Below are positions 58,559 to 64,000 of a stretch of 64,000 bases of DNA, piece by piece. The position numbers were made by a program, and so were the translations under genes. Numbering within the stretch: the first letter of the stretch is position 1; each line of letters opens with the position of its first letter. Under the pieces are notes generated by a model that searched no databases, was not told where the DNA came from, and saw only the letters and a list, made by a program, of their open reading frames with translations. This stretch comes from Alphaproteobacteria bacterium (lineage in GTDB: Bacteria; Pseudomonadota; Alphaproteobacteria; CALKHQ01), in NCBI GenBank assembly GCA_965227515.1, contig CBDDFZ010000001.1, forward strand, positions 1,600,001 to 1,664,000, given 5' to 3'.

Positions 58559-59632
58559 CTACACCTTGTGCACCTGTCCGTCGGCGTCGCTGACGAAGCA
58601 GAGGTCCAGCACCTTCTGCAGGTTGGCGGTGTGGCGGAAACTCGGCTCGCCATTGATGCCGCTGCGCACCGCGTCGACGAACCAGTCATAGGTCAGCGGC
58701 ACCACCGGGCATTCCACCTCGCGCCAGGTCTGGGTGTGGATGTCCTCGCCCAGGCAGGCGCGCAGGGCCGAGACCTCGCTCTCGAAGGTGATCTCCAGCC
58801 CGCCCATGGTGCCGAACACCGAGATCTGCTTGGCGTTGGCGTAGCCGGTGGCGAACCGGCTGGCATGCACGGCGGCCAGCGCGCCGTTGTCCATTTCAAG
58901 CGACATCATGAAGCTGTCGTTGACGTCCAGCTCGTAGTCGTCGATGCGGTTGTTCGGCGCTTTCGGAAACGTCTTCAGGCGGCAGTGCACCGACACCGGC
59001 CGGACGCCGGCGACGTGCATGGCGCTGTCCAGGATGTGGATGCCGATGTCGCCGAGCACGCCCTTGGATCCGTGACGGCCGGACAGGCGCCACAGCCAGC
59101 GCGGCTCGGTGCGCCAGTCGCCCCACTGGTTGCCGACCAGCCAGCTCTGCAGATAGGCCGCCTCGATGTGGCGCACCTCGCCGATGGCGCCTGACGCCAC
59201 CATCGCCTGCGCCTTGGCGATCTGCGGCAGCGCGCGGTAGCGCAGGTTGACCATGTTGACCAGGCCGCGGCTCTCCATCGCCTCGGTCATCTCCAGCGCG
59301 TCTTCGTAGGTCTCGGCCAGCGGCTTCTCGCAGAACACCGGCTTGCCGGCCTCGGCCAGCTTCAGCGTGGTCGATTTGTGCACCGGGTCGGGCGTGGCGT
59401 TGGCCACGGCATCGAATTCGCCCCAGGCGATCGCCTCGTCCAGGTCGTGGAAGGCATGGGCGATGCCATGCTTGGCGTTGAACGTGGCCAGCGTTTCCGC
59501 CTGGACGTCGACACCGGCGACGACGGTGGCGTGCGGGTTCTGGTTGAAGACCTGCGCGTGGCGGTTGGCCATGTGGCCGGTGCCCAGCACCAGGATGCGC
59601 ACCGGCTCTCCGGCGGCCGGCCTGGGGTTCAT
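58559..59632 (-). CDS. Gfo/Idh/MocA oxidoreductase (ThuB-like)
   Basis: LGTG.MA, CEKPLA, GDIGIH; overlaps thuA. Confidence 0.9.
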   Translation of the reverse strand: MNPRPAAGEPVRILVLGTGHMANRHAQVFNQNPHATVVAGVDVQAETLATFNAKHGIAHAFHDLDEAIAWGEFDAVANATPDPVHKSTTLKLAEAGKPVFCEKPLAETYEDALEMTEAMESRGLVNMVNLRYRALPQIAKAQAMVASGAIGEVRHIEAAYLQSWLVGNQWGDWRTEPRWLWRLSGRHGSKGVLGDIGIHILDSAMHVAGVRPVSVHCRLKTFPKAPNNRIDDYELDVNDSFMMSLEMDNGALAAVHASRFATGYANAKQISVFGTMGGLEITFESEVSALRACLGEDIHTQTWREVECPVVPLTYDWFVDAVRSGINGEPSFRHTANLQKVLDLCFVSDADGQVHKV

Positions 59633-60414
59633 CGATAACCCTCTTCACCGGCGGCGTGCAGCTTGAGGCCCTTTTCGGTCAGCGGCTCCAGCGCCTGCTC
59701 GGTCGGCACGTTCGGGGCCGCCTCGATGTCGGTCCACGCGGTGGCGGGGTTGTAGGCCCAGCGGACCGCGTTGCGCAGCACCTGCTGGATCTGCGCATCG
59801 TGATAGATCGGATAGGTCTCGTGGCCGGGGCTGAAATAGAACACGCGCCCGCCGCCGCGCTGCCAGGTCATGCCGGAGCGGAAGACCTCGCCGCCCTCGT
59901 ACCAGGAGACGAACACGGTCTCCATCGGCTCCGGCACGTTGAACGGCTCGCCATACATCTCGGTGTTGGCGATCTCCAGCCGCTCGCCGATGCCCTGCAC
60001 TATGGGGTGGTTGCGGTTGATCACCCACGCCCGCTCGCGCTCGCCCGCCTCGCGCCATTTCAGCGAGCAGGGGCTGCCCATCAGGGTCTTGAAGATCTTC
60101 GAGAAGTGGCCGGAGTGCAGCACGATCAGGCCCATGCCCTGCCACACCCGGCGCCGCACCCGCTCGACCACCGCGTCGTCCACGGCGCCATGCGCCTTGT
60201 GGCCCCACCAAAGTAGCACGTCGATGTCGGCCAGCCGCGCCTCGTTCAGCCCGTGCTCCGGCTCCTGCAAGGTGGCGGTGCCGGCGGCGATGCCGCTGTC
60301 CTGCGCCAGGGCCGCGGCGATGCAGCCGTGGATGCCGTCGGGGTAGATCGCGGCGACGTCGGCGTTTTCCTGTTCGTGGACGTTCTCGTTCCAGACGACG
60401 GCACGGATGGCCAT
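59629..60414 (-). CDS. thuA: Trehalose utilisation protein ThuA
   Basis: [38 protein letters not shown]. Confidence 0.93.
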   Translation of the reverse strand: MAIRAVVWNENVHEQENADVAAIYPDGIHGCIAAALAQDSGIAAGTATLQEPEHGLNEARLADIDVLLWWGHKAHGAVDDAVVERVRRRVWQGMGLIVLHSGHFSKIFKTLMGSPCSLKWREAGERERAWVINRNHPIVQGIGERLEIANTEMYGEPFNVPEPMETVFVSWYEGGEVFRSGMTWQRGGGRVFYFSPGHETYPIYHDAQIQQVLRNAVRWAYNPATAWTDIEAAPNVPTEQALEPLTEKGLKLHAAGEEGYR

Positions 60415-60494
60415 GGCGGTTCACCTTTTCGGTTTGCAGCCGCGGGCGGCCCGGTGCGGCGCGCGAGGCTGCTAATTGGCGGCAGTCAAATGGG

Positions 60495-61925
60495 CTAAAT
60501 TGTGCGGTGTGTCGCCGGGCCTTCCCGCATCGCAAACCCAAGCGGCCGGCAGATGATCCAGATGGCCAGCAACACGATGGCGGGTATTGCCATATTGAAC
60601 TCGACCACACAATGGGTTGCCAGTTGCGCCAGCACGGCCAACGCCACGACATGGCCGTCGCGGCTGCCTGGTGGGCTGGCGCGCAGGCTACGAACGATCG
60701 CCACTGCCAGCATCGCCACCATGGCCAGGAACGCGACCAGTGCCACGATGCCGGCCTCCATGGCGATTTCCAGGTAGTCGCTGTGGGCGAAACGAAAGAT
60801 GCGACCGATGCCCTCCGGCCGATAGGCATGGAACGCCTCTTCGAACCCGCCGAACCCGACGCCGAGCCACAAATGGTCGCGAATGGCATCCAGCACCGGG
60901 CCGTAGATCTCCCAGCGCCCGCTTTCCAGTCCCTCGGTTTCGAAGCGCGCGAAGAACACGCCGTAGCCGAGCAGCGCAATGGCGCCGACGATGGCGAACC
61001 CTGTGCCGAGCGCGACCCAACGCCGTTTCGCGCTGGCGTGGCCGTCGCCCCTTGATCCCAGCGTCAGCAGCGCGAAGACGACCACGCCGACCGCGATACT
61101 GCCGAGCGCGGCGCGCGACTGCGCCAGCGCGATGCAGACGATCAAGAGCCCGATGGCGGCCAGCAGCATGAACCGATAGCCGTCCAGATTGTCGGCCAGG
61201 GTCAGCAGCCGGGTTCGCCAGGTCGGCCGTCGGCGGGAGATTGGCGCACGGGGCGCATTGGCGATGCTGCGGGTGAACTCCCCCAGCACCGCGAACAGCA
61301 GGATGCCGAAGAAGGCGCCGGCATGGTTGCGGTTGAAGAAGAACCCGGTCAGGTCCTGGTGCACCCAGTTTTCCAGCCACAACACCTGGCCGGGCAGGGC
61401 GAAATGCCAGACCAGCGCCAGCGTTGCGTGGACCAGGGCGGCGAATACCAGCGCGCGGGTGATCATGCGTGTGGCGCGCCGGCTCATCGCCACCCGAATG
61501 CAGACCAGCGCCCAGGCGCCATAGGCGGCAAACCCGATAGCGCGCGCGAAGGTCTTGTCCGGTTGCACCGAGATGTAGCCGTCAGACCCGCCGCCGATGG
61601 TCGCCAGCAGGTCCCAGGCCTCGTGGCGCAGCGGGCTTGCGCCGATATTCACGGTCTGCACGAAGAAGAAAGTCAGCAGCAGCGTGAACAGCGTCGCGGG
61701 TAGCCAGAACCGGGCCAGTATCGCCGTGGCGACGCTGTCGCGCGACACCACGCCTGCCGCCAGCAGCGGCGCCGAGGCTGTCAGCGTCACCGCGTTGACG
61801 ACACCACGGGCCCATTCCGGATAGGCGCCAAGGGCCGCCGGCGCCAGCACGACGACCGCGATGACCAGGACGCCGAGCAGCCTGATGCGGCCCGGCACAT
61901 GAATGTCGCTGGCGGCTTGGCTCAC
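60495..61925 (-). CDS. O-antigen ligase family protein
   Basis: F.NRNH, SRAA, G.GFGGF, AHSDYLE...EAG. Confidence 0.88.
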   Translation of the reverse strand: MSQAASDIHVPGRIRLLGVLVIAVVVLAPAALGAYPEWARGVVNAVTLTASAPLLAAGVVSRDSVATAILARFWLPATLFTLLLTFFFVQTVNIGASPLRHEAWDLLATIGGGSDGYISVQPDKTFARAIGFAAYGAWALVCIRVAMSRRATRMITRALVFAALVHATLALVWHFALPGQVLWLENWVHQDLTGFFFNRNHAGAFFGILLFAVLGEFTRSIANAPRAPISRRRPTWRTRLLTLADNLDGYRFMLLAAIGLLIVCIALAQSRAALGSIAVGVVVFALLTLGSRGDGHASAKRRWVALGTGFAIVGAIALLGYGVFFARFETEGLESGRWEIYGPVLDAIRDHLWLGVGFGGFEEAFHAYRPEGIGRIFRFAHSDYLEIAMEAGIVALVAFLAMVAMLAVAIVRSLRASPPGSRDGHVVALAVLAQLATHCVVEFNMAIPAIVLLAIWIICRPLGFAMREGPATHRTI

Positions 61926-62303
61926 TGTGGCGGTTCCTGCCTATGCCCGTTCCGCAGGGGGATGCGGTGTGGTGTGACCAATAGTCGGATCGTTGCGGGC
62001 GATCAAATACGGCATGGGCCGGACCGGCTGGCGGACCGCATTTCGATGTCACAGTGACGTGAAGCCTGGACCCTTTGGCGCGTGCAAGCGGGCTTTAAAG
62101 CGGCGCATTCCTGGGTCTTTCCGCCCTTCAAGAAATATTTGGCGTGCGCCATCGGTCGTCCGCAAAGCAATGTTCAAAATTACTGATAATAATTCCTGGA
62201 ACCGATGCAAGTCATTGTCGTTGGGCTGGCAGCGATTTGGAAGTCGTCGCGGACGACACCCAGCGCAGTGTTACGGCTCATTCATGAAGAAAGAGGCACG
62301 ACA

Positions 62304-63068
62304 ATGATGTTCCCGCATACCGCTTGCATCCGTTCCATCGCCCTGGCCACGACCATGATGGTTGGTGCGGCCGGCATTTCCGGCCTGGCGCAAGCCCAGG
62401 ACGAGAACCAGGACGAGCCCGGCGCCCAGGCCGGCGAGGACCAGCCCGGCACGGTGCAGAACGAGGCTGAGGTTAACGACAACGAGGAAACCTCGCGCGA
62501 CGACGATACCACCGCGCAACAGGAAGACATGGTGGAGTTGGACGTCACGATCGACATCGACGGCACGGTGACCGAGGATGGCGCCATTATCATCGGCGGC
62601 GCGCCGATGTATCCGGACCGCACCATCGTGGTCAACGCGTCGACCGCCGAAAACCTCTCTACCCTGGTCAGCGCCGTTCAGGCGGCGGAACTGGAGGCCA
62701 CGCTGGAGAGCGAGGGGCCGTTCACCGTCTTCGCGCCGACCAACGACGCCTTCGCCATGGTGCCGGAGGATGACCTGAATGCGCTGATGGAGCCCGACAT
62801 GCAGGCCCAACTGGCCCATGTCCTGACCTATCACGTGGTGTCCGGCAACTACACCGCCGCCGACCTGATGGCGCGGGCCCAGGCGACCGACGGCTCGGCG
62901 GAACTGGATACCGTTTCGGGCGATACCCTGACGCTCAGCCTCAACGCCGAGGGCGAGTTGGTCGTCAGCGACGAGATGGGCAATGCGGCCGTGGTGCAGA
63001 ACGCCGACGTCACCCAGTCCAACGGTGTCGTCCATGTGGTCGACCATGTGCTGATGCCGCAGATGTAG
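62304..63068 (+). CDS. Secreted fasciclin (FAS1) domain protein
   Basis: Signal peptide; GPFTVFAPTNDAF, LTYHVV, SNGVVHVVDHVL. Confidence 0.93.
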   Translation: MMFPHTACIRSIALATTMMVGAAGISGLAQAQDENQDEPGAQAGEDQPGTVQNEAEVNDNEETSRDDDTTAQQEDMVELDVTIDIDGTVTEDGAIIIGGAPMYPDRTIVVNASTAENLSTLVSAVQAAELEATLESEGPFTVFAPTNDAFAMVPEDDLNALMEPDMQAQLAHVLTYHVVSGNYTAADLMARAQATDGSAELDTVSGDTLTLSLNAEGELVVSDEMGNAAVVQNADVTQSNGVVHVVDHVLMPQM

Positions 63069-63109
63069 CGGTGTCGCGGCCGGCCGGTCAGGGCGGCCGA
63101 TCGGGCGCG

Positions 63110-63134
63110 GGGCGGCTCCTTTCCGGGGCCGCCC
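63110..63134. terminator. Hairpin between convergent genes
   Basis: GGGCGGCTCC-TTTCC-GGGGCCGCCC, no clear U tract. Confidence 0.4.
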
Positions 63135-63152
63135 TACGCATGTGTGCCAGCG

Positions 63153-63608
63153 TCAGCGGCGCGACGCGAAGAAGCCTTTCAACATCTCGGCGCAGGCTGT
63201 CTCGTGGACGCCGCCGATGACCTCGGGCCGGTGATGGCAGGTTGGCTGGTCGAACACACGCGCGCCATGGTCGACACCGCCGCCCTTCGGATCGTAAGCG
63301 CCGAACACCAGCGTCCCCAGCCGCGCCAGCGAGATCGCCTGGGCGCACATGGCGCACGGCTCCAGCGTCACCACCAGCGCGCAGGTTGCCAGATGCTTGT
63401 CGCCGACGAATTGCGCCGCCGCGCGGATCGCCAGCATCTCGGCATGGGCGGTCGGGTCGCGGTCGCGTTCCACCCGGTTGCCGGCGGTGGCGACGATGGC
63501 ATGGGACGCGATATCGACGATCACCGCGCCGACGGGCACGTCGCCGGCCGCGCCGGCGGCCCGCGCGGCCTCCAGCGCCCGGTTCATGGTCGGTTGCCAA
63601 TCTGTCAT
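63153..63608 (-). CDS. tadA: tRNA adenosine deaminase TadA
   Basis: VPVGAVIV, DPTAHAEM, TLEPCAMC, FGAYDPKGG. Confidence 0.9.
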   Translation of the reverse strand: MTDWQPTMNRALEAARAAGAAGDVPVGAVIVDIASHAIVATAGNRVERDRDPTAHAEMLAIRAAAQFVGDKHLATCALVVTLEPCAMCAQAISLARLGTLVFGAYDPKGGGVDHGARVFDQPTCHHRPEVIGGVHETACAEMLKGFFASRR

Positions 63609-63770
63609 CGCCGCCCGCGCCTTGTGGGCGCCATTTCATCGGTCACAATTGCTTGGCCCATAGCGGGGCGGTATCGCACGACGGCGCGATAGATGCTATG
63701 CGCCACCTGACGCCGCCGCGGCGTCCGCCAGATTCGGAAACCACCGCGGCCGCGCATGAGGAGAGCAGTC

Positions 63771-64000
63771 ATGAAGTTCGGTCTCGGCCATTTTCGCCGG
63801 CAAACGCTGGCCTCGGTCTCCGCGTTGGTGGCCGCCGGTGCGCTGTCGACCGCGTGCCAGTCGTCGGAGCCCTCCTCCCAGCCGACGATCAGCGAGGGGA
63901 GCGTGCCGGTGACGTCAGGCGATGAGGCGGCACCCGCCGTCCAGACGCTCAGCTTCGAGGAGTGGCTTGCCCAGTTCCAGGCCCAGGCGCTCAACCGCGG
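63771..64000 (+). CDS. Lipoprotein, probable lytic murein transglycosylase (N-terminal part, runs off the window end)
   Basis: RBS and ATG; LSTAC lipobox; SFEEWLAQF...AL resembles the MltB-family N-terminus. Confidence 0.6.
   Translation, partial: MKFGLGHFRRQTLASVSALVAAGALSTACQSSEPSSQPTISEGSVPVTSGDEAAPAVQTLSFEEWLAQFQAQALNR

Noticed and set aside
1-64000. tRNA, rRNA, integron attC or prophage genes
   Set aside because: No cloverleaf, rRNA, integrase or phage structural motifs were recognised by eye; a covariance-model scan would be needed to exclude small RNAs

Overview
High-GC alphaproteobacterial (Rhodospirillales-like) chromosomal window. It holds the end of a flagellar operon (flgI-flgJ-FlgN-like-flgK-flgL), three sigma54-type ABC uptake operons with N-heterocycle catabolic genes, a truncated globin-adenylate cyclase pair, an MCP-PilZ receptor, a divergent flagellin-like gene followed by a YopT-type cysteine protease, a Rieske protein/SufR-like pair, glnT/gmaS, thuA with a ThuB-like oxidoreductase, and housekeeping genes. 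The most striking feature is a nested set of repeat elements. A REP-associated tyrosine transposase (RAYT) is flanked by GTAG REPs that recur across the window. Two IS110 (IS1111-type) elements are both inserted at the same CT dinucleotide of those REPs. Their downstream non-coding region contains readable candidate donor and target guides (bridge/seek RNA), and one guide base differs between the copies exactly as their targets differ. An IS481 sits in the loop of a second palindrome family. An intergenic array alternates duplicated 3' tails of two convergent genes with several palindrome families. All calls come from reading motifs by eye; no database searches were run.
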